From contig JBMNEZ010000001.1 of NCBI GenBank assembly GCA_050949045.1, positions 192,001 through 256,000 on the forward strand: 64,000 bases of DNA, written 5' to 3'. Of the stretch, positions 37,717 to 47,002 are shown one piece after another. A model generated the notes under the pieces. The model worked only from the letters and a program-made list of their open reading frames with translations. It did not search any database and was not told where the DNA came from. The translations under genes were made by a program, and so were the position numbers. This stretch comes from Candidatus Izemoplasmatales bacterium. Lineage in GTDB: Bacteria; Bacillota_I; Bacilli_A; Izemoplasmatales; Hujiaoplasmataceae. How positions within the stretch are numbered: the stretch's first letter is position 1; each line of letters begins with the position of its first letter.

Positions 37717-39382
37717 AATTAGTCACTTTTTTCAATTTGTCGATAAAATCCTTGTCGGGATCGATGAAGATCGTCTTATGGTTTTGATAGTTCACGAAGC
37801 TGCCGACTTCTCCCGGGATCCGTTTGACATAGCGTTTTCTCGTGTAATCGACGGGAACCGATGTTGAATGCCGTCCTTTTGAGAAGAAAGAAGCAAGTTG
37901 AGCGGCGGTGCGGATCGTCACTTCTCCGAGTTCCGCAGTGTTTCTGACGATCACATGGGCACCATGGTAGTCCTTGGTGTGGAACCACCATTCTTCGGGT
38001 TTGGCGAGGGTGTGGGTGATGTAGTTGTTCTGAAGGTTGTTCTTGCCAACGAGGATTTCGTTATCGAGAGCGTCAAGATAGACTTCATAATGCGGGTGCT
38101 TCGATTTTTGGCGGGTAATCCTTTTTCGGATAAAGCCTCTATGAGCCAGCTCGGCCGCAATTTCGTCAAGGACGACCGGAGATGCGTATTGGATTTGGGA
38201 GTCGATCAAGGAGAAATAGCGGATTTCTTGTTTGGTAATTCGGATCTGCTTTTCGATATGAGCCACCGATGAACGGAGTTTTTTATAGCGTTTGAAATAG
38301 GCGTTTGCGTTCTGGATTGGGGACAGGAGGGGATCGAGAGCGATTTCAATCTTGGCATCAGTCTCATAATCAAGGGTTTCGAACAATGTCTGTCGTTGCT
38401 GGATGTTATTAAGATTGGCTAGAATCAGTTCGCCTTTTATCCGAAGGTGATCGATATTTTTCGCCGCTTCGAGATCGGTGGTCAGTTTCTCAAGTTTGAC
38501 GGTGTTACGCTCTAATTCGCGTTTAATGAATTGGAGAAGGTTTTTTGATATTTGACGCAGCCGCTCTTTTCTGCCGATATCGGCATAAACCGCCTCAAGC
38601 AGAGCCGAGAGAGTGGGAAAATACTTTTTTTCGGTTTCTGGGAACAAATCGAAATAGTAGAATTTCTGCTTGCCGTCGAGATAGGCGAGAGTCGGCTTTG
38701 GCTTGATTCTTGTAAAATTGACGAAATGGCTCCAGAGATTTTCTCCGATTGGAGGATTGACAAGATAATTCGCGCACAGCGGAGAAATACCGCGAAAACT
38801 GGCAATCAGGCTTTTTGCGGTGATCTCGCTATAATCTTTGAATACCGTGGATGCGGCACCGAGGTTTTCCGGATCGATCTTGTCGTTAAAGGGTGGAAGA
38901 TAAAGCGCTCCTTTTTCGATTGTCCTAGAGCCGGTGTCGAAGGGGCCGATTCTAATGAAGGCGTCGATGATCCGTTCTTCTTGATTTGCAAGAATGAGAT
39001 TGACGTAGCGGCCAAGGATCTCCAAATAAAGGTGATAGATCACCTCGCTGCCGAGATCGTCATGGCACTTGATCATAAAAAGCACGACACGATCGCCCTG
39101 AAGCCCTTCGATTTTTTCGATCACGCCTCTTTCGAGATGCTTTCTCAAGAGCATACAGAAACCTGTGGGCGCTTCCGGTTTGTCATATTGGAGTTTGGTC
39201 AGATAAAGTCTTGGATAGGTTGTCGACAGGGACAAATAGAGTTGATTGGTGCGGCCTTCATTTCGGATCATAAACAAAAAATCAGTCCGGCTTAACTGAT
39301 AGATTTTTTGGATGCGGCCGTTGGCCAGGCTTTGGTTAAGTTCTGCGGCCAGAAAATGGAGGAAACGTCCGTCAAGACTCAT
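37715..39382 (-). CDS. rqcH: Rqc2 homolog RqcH (NFACT/FbpA family)
   Basis: MSLDG, FCMLLRKHL, DRVV, NANAYFKRYKK, VGKNNLQN, WFH..GAHV, VPVDYT. Confidence 0.92.
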   Translation of the reverse strand: MSLDGRFLHFLAAELNQSLANGRIQKIYQLSRTDFLFMIRNEGRTNQLYLSLSTTYPRLYLTKLQYDKPEAPTGFCMLLRKHLERGVIEKIEGLQGDRVVLFMIKCHDDLGSEVIYHLYLEILGRYVNLILANQEERIIDAFIRIGPFDTGSRTIEKGALYLPPFNDKIDPENLGAASTVFKDYSEITAKSLIASFRGISPLCANYLVNPPIGENLWSHFVNFTRIKPKPTLAYLDGKQKFYYFDLFPETEKKYFPTLSALLEAVYADIGRKERLRQISKNLLQFIKRELERNTVKLEKLTTDLEAAKNIDHLRIKGELILANLNNIQQRQTLFETLDYETDAKIEIALDPLLSPIQNANAYFKRYKKLRSSVAHIEKQIRITKQEIRYFSLIDSQIQYASPVVLDEIAAELAHRGFIRKRITRQKSKHPHYEVYLDALDNEILVGKNNLQNNYITHTLAKPEEWWFHTKDYHGAHVIVRNTAELGEVTIRTAAQLASFFSKGRHSTSVPVDYTRKRYVKRIPGEVGSFVNYQNHKTIFIDPDKDFIDKLKKVTN

Positions 39383-39498
39383 ATTATCACCACGTCAATT
39401 ATAACATCAACCGGCATGGCATAAAAATAAATTTACTATTTTTCAGGAATGTGATATTATATTTATAATACATCTTTACTTGAAGAGGGGGTCTGTCG

Positions 39499-40119
39499 GT
39501 GAAGCTGAATGAACGTGGCTTGCTTGTGGTCATTAGCGGTCCATCGGGAGTTGGAAAAGGCACGATTCGAAAAGCTTTGTTTAAAATGCCCGACAACAAT
39601 TTTTGCTATTCGGTTTCGATGACTACCAGAAAACCCCGTGAAAACGAGATCAACGGAATTGACTATTTCTTCATCTCCCGCGAAGAGTTTGAAACTAAGA
39701 TTGCGAACGATGAGTTGTTGGAATATGCCGAATTCGTCGGTGAATACTACGGCACACCCAAGAGTTTTATCGATTCAAAACTTGCGGATGGCAATGAAGT
39801 GATCATGGAGATTGAGGTTCAGGGGGCGCTACAGGTCAGGGAGAAGATGCCCGATGCGGTCTTCATCTTCGTCGTGCCGCCTTCAAGGCAAGCGCTGGCC
39901 GACCGGCTGACGGTTCGGGGAACCGAAAGGCCGTCTGATATTGAAAAGCGTCTCGAAAAAGCGAAAAGAGAATTGAATCTCGCTTACAAATACGACTATA
40001 TCGTCGTCAATGATGAAGTCTATAACGCAGCGGACAGGATCTATGCGATCATTCGCGCTGAGCATGCAAAAACGGAAAGATCGATTTATAAGTACAACAA
40101 ACTCATGGAGGAAAGATAA
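39499..40119 (+). CDS. gmk: Guanylate kinase
   Basis: SGPSGVGKGT, TTRKPR, YYGT, EIEVQGA. Confidence 0.96.
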   Translation: MKLNERGLLVVISGPSGVGKGTIRKALFKMPDNNFCYSVSMTTRKPRENEINGIDYFFISREEFETKIANDELLEYAEFVGEYYGTPKSFIDSKLADGNEVIMEIEVQGALQVREKMPDAVFIFVVPPSRQALADRLTVRGTERPSDIEKRLEKAKRELNLAYKYDYIVVNDEVYNAADRIYAIIRAEHAKTERSIYKYNKLMEER

Positions 40120-40120
40120 A

Positions 40121-40333
40121 ATGGCGAACAAAAACAGCGAAGGGCTAAGATATCCATCGATCGATGATCTGCTTGAAGTGGTCGATTCGAAATACAAACT
40201 GGCGTACATTGCGGCTAAGCGGGCAAAAATCATTAAACAGGACAATTTTTCGTCAGTCGACAACAAATGCGTCAAACCGGTCGGACAAGCTCTCGAAGAA
40301 ATCCTGGCATCCAAGGTCAAAGCCGAATTCTAA
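40121..40333 (+). CDS. rpoZ: RNA polymerase omega subunit
   Basis: YPSIDDLL..VDSKY.L..AAKRA, KPVGQALEEI; follows gmk. ATG 40121. Confidence 0.92.
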   Translation: MANKNSEGLRYPSIDDLLEVVDSKYKLAYIAAKRAKIIKQDNFSSVDNKCVKPVGQALEEILASKVKAEF

Positions 40334-40429
40334 ACAGTCGTTCGACTGTTTTCTTTTTCGACTTGAACCTTGAGCCGATATTTTTGAGGGCTTATGATAT
40401 AATATACATGAAGATTTGGAGATGATAGT

Positions 40430-43400
40430 TTGAACGGAAATCTGAGAAAACTTCTTGACACGATCAATGTCAAGGATGATGTCATCCTTGAATACGGTCT
40501 CATGGATGAAATCGAGGTTGATCCCATCCAGAACACGTGGCTGTTTTCTTTTGTTTTCGAGCGGCCGATTCCGATCATCCGTTATCGGAATTTCATCAAC
40601 CATCTCCGGGAATTGCCCAAGATAATCGAAAGCGTCGAACACGTTGCTTACAGAATCGTTTTTCAAACCATCTCCGACCAGGATCTGCTTGACTATTATC
40701 AGTATGTCATCGATGTTCTGATCGATGAGGACAAACGCTATCTCCCGTTGAGGGATTATCAGACCGACATTGAGAATGGCTGTATCAAGATCATGGTTCC
40801 TCCCGGAGCCAGGACAGCGAGCATGTTCAGGAAAGACATCGAGGCCGAATTGGAGCATAACGGTTTTGCGACAACGGTTAGAATCGAAGTCGATGACAAG
40901 TTGAAACCGATCGAACAGGTAATCGATTTGGCGAACGAGAATTTTGTTCAATCCCATCAAGGCATTCAAAGCCAAGTTGTGATCAGGTATGAACAACTCT
41001 ACGAAGATCGTCCTGTCGACAATGACTTTCAACCGATCGGAAAGATCCCGATCGACGAGATCGAGTATGAGGAATATCGGGCGAAGAACGCTAACAAGGC
41101 CAATTTCAACATCAAGGGCAGGATCGTCACATTCGAGATCCGTGACGGTAAAAACAATGCCGAGTGCAATATCATCCTGACCGACGGCGACGATTCGGTT
41201 TCAGTCAAGAAACGCTTAAGTTCCAAGGAGGAGCGAAATTTCTGTCTTTCTCTTCGCGAGGGTCTGGGTTTGATGGTCTCCGGGTATGCCCAATATAACA
41301 GTTATTACGGAGAAGTCATCATCAATGCCATCAGCATGGCCAAATCCAATGTCCCCTTGCCAAAAACCACTAGGGTCGACGATTCCAAGGAAAAACGAAT
41401 AGAACTCCATCTGCATACGAAGATGTCGGCGCTGGACGGAGTCAACACGATCGACGAATACGTGGAAAGAGCCGCTTTATGGGGGCACAAAGCCATCGCT
41501 TTGACCGACCACGGCTCCGTCCAATCGTTTCCGGATTTGTTCAAACTTGCCAAAAAAGGTCTCATCAAAGCGCTCTATGGTCTGGAACTCGTCTTTGTGA
41601 ACGATGAGGAGATCACAGTCACCAGAGGCAAAACAGAGCAGATGTTGAGGGATGCGACATATGTCATCTTCGACATCGAGACGACGGGTTTGTCTGTTCT
41701 TTATGACACCTTGATCGAGATTGGGGCCGTCAAAATCAAGGGCGAAACCATCATCGGTGAGTTTTCCTCGTTGATTGATCCTAAAAAACCCCTAAGCAAG
41801 TTCACAACTGAATTTACCGGCATCACCGAGCAGATGGTCAAGGGGCAGCCGACGGTGGATGCGGTTCTCAGGGATTTCTACAACTTCAGCAAGGACGCCA
41901 TCCTTGTCGCTCATAACGCCGACTTCGATTTAGGCCATATTTATTATAACTATGCGGAATACGGGATAACGGATGAGATCCAACCATCGATCGATACTTT
42001 GACGCTCGCCAAAATCCTCTACCCCGACAAAAACAGCTATTCGCTCGAACGCGTTTGTCGTTTTTTGAAAGTCCGCCTGACCGAACACCACCGGGCAATC
42101 AATGACGCGAAAGCGACGACTGAAGTCTTTTTGCATATGTTGAAGCGGCTCAAAAAAGAAGGAATCAACCGCTTTCAGGACATCAATCTCCTGATCGACC
42201 CCAAAGAAGTATACAAATATCCCTATCCCAAGCATATCAATTTGCTTGTCAAGAAGCAGGAAGGGCTCAAAAACCTTTACAAGATTTTATCCCAAGCTTT
42301 GACGATGTATTATGATCGCGACGGGAAGATTCTCAAGACGGTTCTCGATAAATACCGTAAGGGCTTGCTGGTTTCTTCCGGGTGTCGCAATTCCGCCTTT
42401 TTTGAAATCGCGATGACGAAAACACGGAAAGAATTGAAAAAGGCAGCCGCCTATTATGACTTTCTCGAGGTGCAGCCGCCGAGCACTTTCAGTTATTTGA
42501 AAGAATCGATGCCCGAATGGCAAAACGTCATCCAAGATGTTATCCGTCGTATTGTCGAGGTCGGCAGGGAGTTGAACATCCCCGTCTGTGCGACCGGCGA
42601 TTGCCACCATCTTGACCCAGAGGACAAGAAATATCGAGAGATCATGATCAATACCCCGCTCGTCGGCGGCGGTTTCCACCAACTCCATGGCGAATCCGAG
42701 AAACCTTCGCAACATTTCTTTACTACCCAGGAGATGCTGGATGAGTTTTCTTTCCTTGGCGATGATATCGCCGATGAAATCGTCGTCAAGAACACCAATA
42801 TGATCGCTGATTCGATCGATGAGATCATCATTTTTCCAAGCGAACTCTATGCGCCGACCGATGAGTCGTTGGCAAACTTCGGTGTGCCCTCGATCAAAAT
42901 CAAAGTTGAAACGATGGTGTGCGAACGCGCGGAGAGAATCTACGGCAATCCGTTGCCGCCGATCGTCAAGAACCGGCTCGACAAGGAATTGACGAGCATC
43001 ATTGAAAACCACTATTCACCGATCTACTATATTTCGCATCTTCTTGTCAAAAAGTCGCTCGATGACGGCTATTTGGTTGGATCGCGCGGTTCGGTTGGTT
43101 CCAGTCTGGTCGCAACTTTGATGGATATCACCGAAGTCAATCCCCTCCCGCCGCACTATGTCTGCCCCAAATGCCGGTTTTCTGCTTTCAAGAAAACCGA
43201 AGAGGAACGAAAACTTTTCGGCACTTCTGACTTTGAGACCAAGATCCAGCAACTTCTGGAGAGGACCGACTGCGGTTGGGATCTTCCCGTCCAGACTTGT
43301 CCGGTTTGCGGAAGTTCATTGTTAAAAGACGGGCATGACATCCCGTTTGAGACCTTCCTTGGATTTGAAGGCAAGAAAGTCCCGGATATCGATCTCAATT

Positions 43401-44899
43401 TTTCCGGCGATTATCAGAGTGTTGTCCATGAGTATATCCGCAAACTATTTGGCCAAAACTACGCTTTCCGGGCCGGAACGATCGGCACATGCGCCGCCAA
43501 GACCGCTTTTGCGATGGTCAGGGATCATTTCGAAAAAATCAATGAGGAGCGGGAAAAACAGAATTTGCCGGCGATTCGTGTCCGTAGAGCGGAAATGGAA
43601 CGGCTTGCCAACGGGATTGTCGGTTCAAAGAGGACTAGCGGTCAACATCCCGGCGGCATCGTGGTCGTTCCTTCCGATAGAGAAATTTATGACATCACTC
43701 CGGTCCAATATCCCGGAGATTCAACCGATACTTCCTGGCGGACGACCCATTATGACTACCATACTTTTGAGGACAATTTGTTCAAACTCGATGTTCTCGG
43801 ACATGACGATCCGACGATGATCAAGTACTTGATGGAATTTGTCAAACGCGATCCCCTTGATTTCCCCTTTTCGGATCCGAAAGAGATTCCCGTCGATGAT
43901 CGCGAGGTTTACAAGTTGCTTTCGGGAACAGAAGTCATCAACTTGACGCCTGAGGACCTCAATTCTGAGGTTGCCTCATTCGGCATCCCTGAATTCGGCA
44001 CTAATTTTGTCAGGTCAATGTTGAGGGATTCGCGCCCCCAGAGTTTTTCTGAACTAGTCAAGATATCCGGCCTCAGCCACGGTACCGACGTTTGGGCCGG
44101 CAATGCTCAAGACCTGATCACGAACCGGCGTCGCGAATTCGGCAGGATCGATTTCAAGGATATCATCGGCTGTCGCGACGATATCATGGTGGATCTGATA
44201 AACTATGGGATGCAGCCGATGATGGCTTTTGAGATCATGGAATTCGTCCGTAGGGGCAAAGCACCGGTAAATCCCGAAAAATGGGGAACTTACGCTGATC
44301 TTATGAGACAGTGTAATGTCCCTGAATGGTATATCTGGTCCTGCAGTAAAATCAAATACATGTTTCCAAAAGCCCATGCGACCGCATATGTGCTGATGGC
44401 AATGCGGATCGCCTGGTTCAAACTGTACAAGCCAATCTATTTCTACTCCGGCTATTTTTCAAAACGCTCTGATTCCTTTGATGTCGACGCTTTCTATCAA
44501 GGTGAGGAAGGCATCAAGCGGAGAATGGAAGAAATCAGCGATAAGGGCACGGCTGCGACCGACAAAGAAAAGAACTTATTGACAGTGCTTGAACTGGCGT
44601 ATGAGATGTATAAACGGGGATTTTCTTTCCGCCCGATTGATATCAATCGTTCGCATGCGGTCGATTTTCTAGTTGAACCAGACAAAAAGTCGCTGTTGTT
44701 GCCGTTCATCGTTGTCGACTCCCTTGGATTGACCTGCGCCAATTCGATTGTTGAGGCGCGCTCGGAAAAACCGTTCATTTCCAAGCAGGATATCAAGACG
44801 AGGACAAAACTGACAAAAACGTTGTTTGACCGGCTTGAGGATCTCGGGGTTTTCGACGGAATGATTGAAAATGACCAAATCTCATTGTTCGATCTTTAA
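40430..44899 (+). CDS. polC: DNA polymerase III alpha subunit, PolC type
   Basis: ELHLHTKMS (PHP), FDIETTG (exonuclease), GSRGSVGSS, PDIDLNF, KYMFPKAHA, C-terminal QISLF clamp motif. Confidence 0.97.
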   Translation: MNGNLRKLLDTINVKDDVILEYGLMDEIEVDPIQNTWLFSFVFERPIPIIRYRNFINHLRELPKIIESVEHVAYRIVFQTISDQDLLDYYQYVIDVLIDEDKRYLPLRDYQTDIENGCIKIMVPPGARTASMFRKDIEAELEHNGFATTVRIEVDDKLKPIEQVIDLANENFVQSHQGIQSQVVIRYEQLYEDRPVDNDFQPIGKIPIDEIEYEEYRAKNANKANFNIKGRIVTFEIRDGKNNAECNIILTDGDDSVSVKKRLSSKEERNFCLSLREGLGLMVSGYAQYNSYYGEVIINAISMAKSNVPLPKTTRVDDSKEKRIELHLHTKMSALDGVNTIDEYVERAALWGHKAIALTDHGSVQSFPDLFKLAKKGLIKALYGLELVFVNDEEITVTRGKTEQMLRDATYVIFDIETTGLSVLYDTLIEIGAVKIKGETIIGEFSSLIDPKKPLSKFTTEFTGITEQMVKGQPTVDAVLRDFYNFSKDAILVAHNADFDLGHIYYNYAEYGITDEIQPSIDTLTLAKILYPDKNSYSLERVCRFLKVRLTEHHRAINDAKATTEVFLHMLKRLKKEGINRFQDINLLIDPKEVYKYPYPKHINLLVKKQEGLKNLYKILSQALTMYYDRDGKILKTVLDKYRKGLLVSSGCRNSAFFEIAMTKTRKELKKAAAYYDFLEVQPPSTFSYLKESMPEWQNVIQDVIRRIVEVGRELNIPVCATGDCHHLDPEDKKYREIMINTPLVGGGFHQLHGESEKPSQHFFTTQEMLDEFSFLGDDIADEIVVKNTNMIADSIDEIIIFPSELYAPTDESLANFGVPSIKIKVETMVCERAERIYGNPLPPIVKNRLDKELTSIIENHYSPIYYISHLLVKKSLDDGYLVGSRGSVGSSLVATLMDITEVNPLPPHYVCPKCRFSAFKKTEEERKLFGTSDFETKIQQLLERTDCGWDLPVQTCPVCGSSLLKDGHDIPFETFLGFEGKKVPDIDLNFSGDYQSVVHEYIRKLFGQNYAFRAGTIGTCAAKTAFAMVRDHFEKINEEREKQNLPAIRVRRAEMERLANGIVGSKRTSGQHPGGIVVVPSDREIYDITPVQYPGDSTDTSWRTTHYDYHTFEDNLFKLDVLGHDDPTMIKYLMEFVKRDPLDFPFSDPKEIPVDDREVYKLLSGTEVINLTPEDLNSEVASFGIPEFGTNFVRSMLRDSRPQSFSELVKISGLSHGTDVWAGNAQDLITNRRREFGRIDFKDIIGCRDDIMVDLINYGMQPMMAFEIMEFVRRGKAPVNPEKWGTYADLMRQCNVPEWYIWSCSKIKYMFPKAHATAYVLMAMRIAWFKLYKPIYFYSGYFSKRSDSFDVDAFYQGEEGIKRRMEEISDKGTAATDKEKNLLTVLELAYEMYKRGFSFRPIDINRSHAVDFLVEPDKKSLLLPFIVVDSLGLTCANSIVEARSEKPFISKQDIKTRTKLTKTLFDRLEDLGVFDGMIENDQISLFDL

Positions 44900-44976
44900 C
44901 TTTTACATTTTGTTTATCAAATTTTTACGATTTGTTTGTATAATATTAAGTAAGTAATTTTTTGGAGGGATATCAT

Positions 44977-45696
44977 ATGAGATCGTTTAGAAATACAAAT
45001 CCAGTAATCAATTCGGTTAAGACCGATTCGGTCGTTACCGATTATCAGGTTACATATGCAGGTGTAGCCATCAGAACTCTCTTTCTGATCGGTCTCGCGA
45101 TTTTTTCCGCATTCATGACAATCTATTATCTTGCCCCGATGGGCATGGATGTGTTCGCCGGCGTCATGATCACCGCTTTCATCGTTGGTTTCATCAGTGT
45201 GATCGTTGGGACGAGATCGGTTAGACTTGCGCCAATTTTCGCTATCCTCTATGCACTGAGCGAAGGCGCAATCCTTGGGTTTGTTTCTGCCGTGTATGCG
45301 TGGGTTTACAATGGCATCGTTCCCACCGCCATCATGACGACGGTGATTGTCCTCTTGGTGATGATGCTTCTCTATTCTACCGAAATTATCAAGGTCACAA
45401 GCCGGTTTGCCTCGATTATGCTCGTCGCTCTCATCTCGGTCATCGTTATGTCGATCATCCCATTGCTAATTCCGGGCATTGAGTATTCCGGTTTGTTCTT
45501 TTTGATCTGCATTGTCTCCGCAATCCTCAGTGCCTTGTTTTTGTTGCTTGATTTTGAGAGCATCAAGACCTGTGTCGAAGCGGGCACCGACGCGAAATAC
45601 GGCTGGGTGTTGTCGCTTGGGCTGATGGTGACTTTGGTTTGGCTTTATATTGAGATACTCAGGTTATTGGCAATTTTGGCAAGAAACCGGGAATAG
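44977..45696 (+). CDS. Bax inhibitor-1/YccA-like membrane protein
   Basis: ~7 TM; YALSEG, LLLDF, W...GLMVTLVWLYIEILRLL. Confidence 0.85.
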   Translation: MRSFRNTNPVINSVKTDSVVTDYQVTYAGVAIRTLFLIGLAIFSAFMTIYYLAPMGMDVFAGVMITAFIVGFISVIVGTRSVRLAPIFAILYALSEGAILGFVSAVYAWVYNGIVPTAIMTTVIVLLVMMLLYSTEIIKVTSRFASIMLVALISVIVMSIIPLLIPGIEYSGLFFLICIVSAILSALFLLLDFESIKTCVEAGTDAKYGWVLSLGLMVTLVWLYIEILRLLAILARNRE

Positions 45697-45741
45697 ATTG
45701 CGGAACTTGAAAATAATGGTATAATTAATCTATCATAAAAC

Positions 45742-45949
45742 GACGAAGAAGGACCAGTACTCGGATATTCAACACCAAATAGAGACGGGCAGGTTGGTGG
45801 AATGCCCGGTTGGGGCCGACGAATTCACCTTTCGAGTGGGATCAATGCTCCCCGCAGGCAGGCGTTATCGGCATCAAGAGCCGGAACATTCCGGAACAAA
45901 GGTGGTACCGCGGTTATTCAATCGCCCTTTTTAGGGCGATTTTCTTTTA
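45742..45949 (+). ncRNA. T-box riboswitch (Phe)
   Basis: AGAGA and GGTGGAA motifs, specifier TTC (45824-45826), AAGGTGGTACCGCG (45899-45912), terminator AATCGCCCT...AGGGCGATT-T; TGgTATAAT promoter at 45717-45725. Confidence 0.9.
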
Positions 45950-45964
45950 TCGGGAGGAAAAGCT

Positions 45965-46987
45965 ATGAACGAACTGAATGAACTTATCAAGACAATCGAG
46001 ATCAAAATCGAAAATACCCATAATCTCAGGGAGCTTGCGGAACTCAAAGCCCAGTTTCTTGGCAAAAAAAGCCCAATCTCTGCTTTGATGCAAAAAATGC
46101 GCGAGCTTTCCGACGAGGAGCGACGCGCACTCGGCAGGGAAGTCAACCTTGTAAAAACTAAGGCGGAAACATTGTTCGAAGAAAAAAGAATCATTTTGGA
46201 AAATGCCGAGATCCAGAAGAAACTGGAAAACGAAGCTGTTGATGTCACACTTCCTGGAAGGAAAATGAGCCTTGGAGCCAAGCATCTTTTGAGCCAGGTC
46301 ATTGAAGAATTCGAGGATTTATTTGTCGGAATGGGATATACGGTTGAAGAAGGGCCGGAAGTCGAACTTGACAAGTACAATTTCGAAATGCTGAATCTTC
46401 CCAAGGATCATCCAGCAAGGGATATGCAGGACTCTTTCTACATATCCGAAGACCTGCTTTTGAGAACCCATACTTCACCTGTACAAGTCAGGACGATGCT
46501 TAAGAACAAGGAACAAAAACCATTCAAGATTATCTGCCCAGGAAAGGTATATCGTAACGACGATGATGATCCGACCCATAGCCACCAGTTCACGCAGATC
46601 GAGGCGCTCGTGGTCGATCATAATGTGACGCTCGCCGATCTCAAGGGAACACTGCTCATCATCGCGAGAAGAATGTTCGGCGAGAATCGGCAGATCAGGC
46701 TCCGCCCGTCATTCTTCCCGTTCACGGAGCCGAGTGTCGAAGTCGATATTTCTTGCCATCGTTGCGATGGCGTGGGTTGCTCTTTATGTAAGGGGACCGG
46801 CTGGATCGAGATTCTCGGCGCAGGCATGGTCAACAACAACGTCTTGAAAGCCGCCGGTTACGATCCCGACGTCTTTCAAGGTTTCGCTCTGGGAATGGGG
46901 GTCGAACGCATCGCCATGCTTAAGTATGGGGTTGACGATATCAGACTCTTCTTTACTAACGACCTGAGATTCAACAGGCAGTTTTGA
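45965..46987 (+). CDS. pheS: Phenylalanine--tRNA ligase alpha subunit
   Basis: [34 protein letters not shown]. Confidence 0.97.
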   Translation: MNELNELIKTIEIKIENTHNLRELAELKAQFLGKKSPISALMQKMRELSDEERRALGREVNLVKTKAETLFEEKRIILENAEIQKKLENEAVDVTLPGRKMSLGAKHLLSQVIEEFEDLFVGMGYTVEEGPEVELDKYNFEMLNLPKDHPARDMQDSFYISEDLLLRTHTSPVQVRTMLKNKEQKPFKIICPGKVYRNDDDDPTHSHQFTQIEALVVDHNVTLADLKGTLLIIARRMFGENRQIRLRPSFFPFTEPSVEVDISCHRCDGVGCSLCKGTGWIEILGAGMVNNNVLKAAGYDPDVFQGFALGMGVERIAMLKYGVDDIRLFFTNDLRFNRQF

Positions 46988-47002
46988 GGGAAGGTGGATG
47001 AG

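Noticed and set aside
38552..39295. 247-aa plus-strand ORF
   Set aside because: Antisense shadow of rqcH; no motifs or RBS.
40253..43012. Long minus-strand ORFs (259 aa at 40253-41032, 241 aa at 42287-43012)
   Set aside because: Antisense to polC; such shadow frames are common throughout this window and show no family motifs.
40430..44899. Possible intein in the long polC
   Set aside because: 1489 aa is a normal PolC length; no splice-junction or homing-endonuclease motifs seen.
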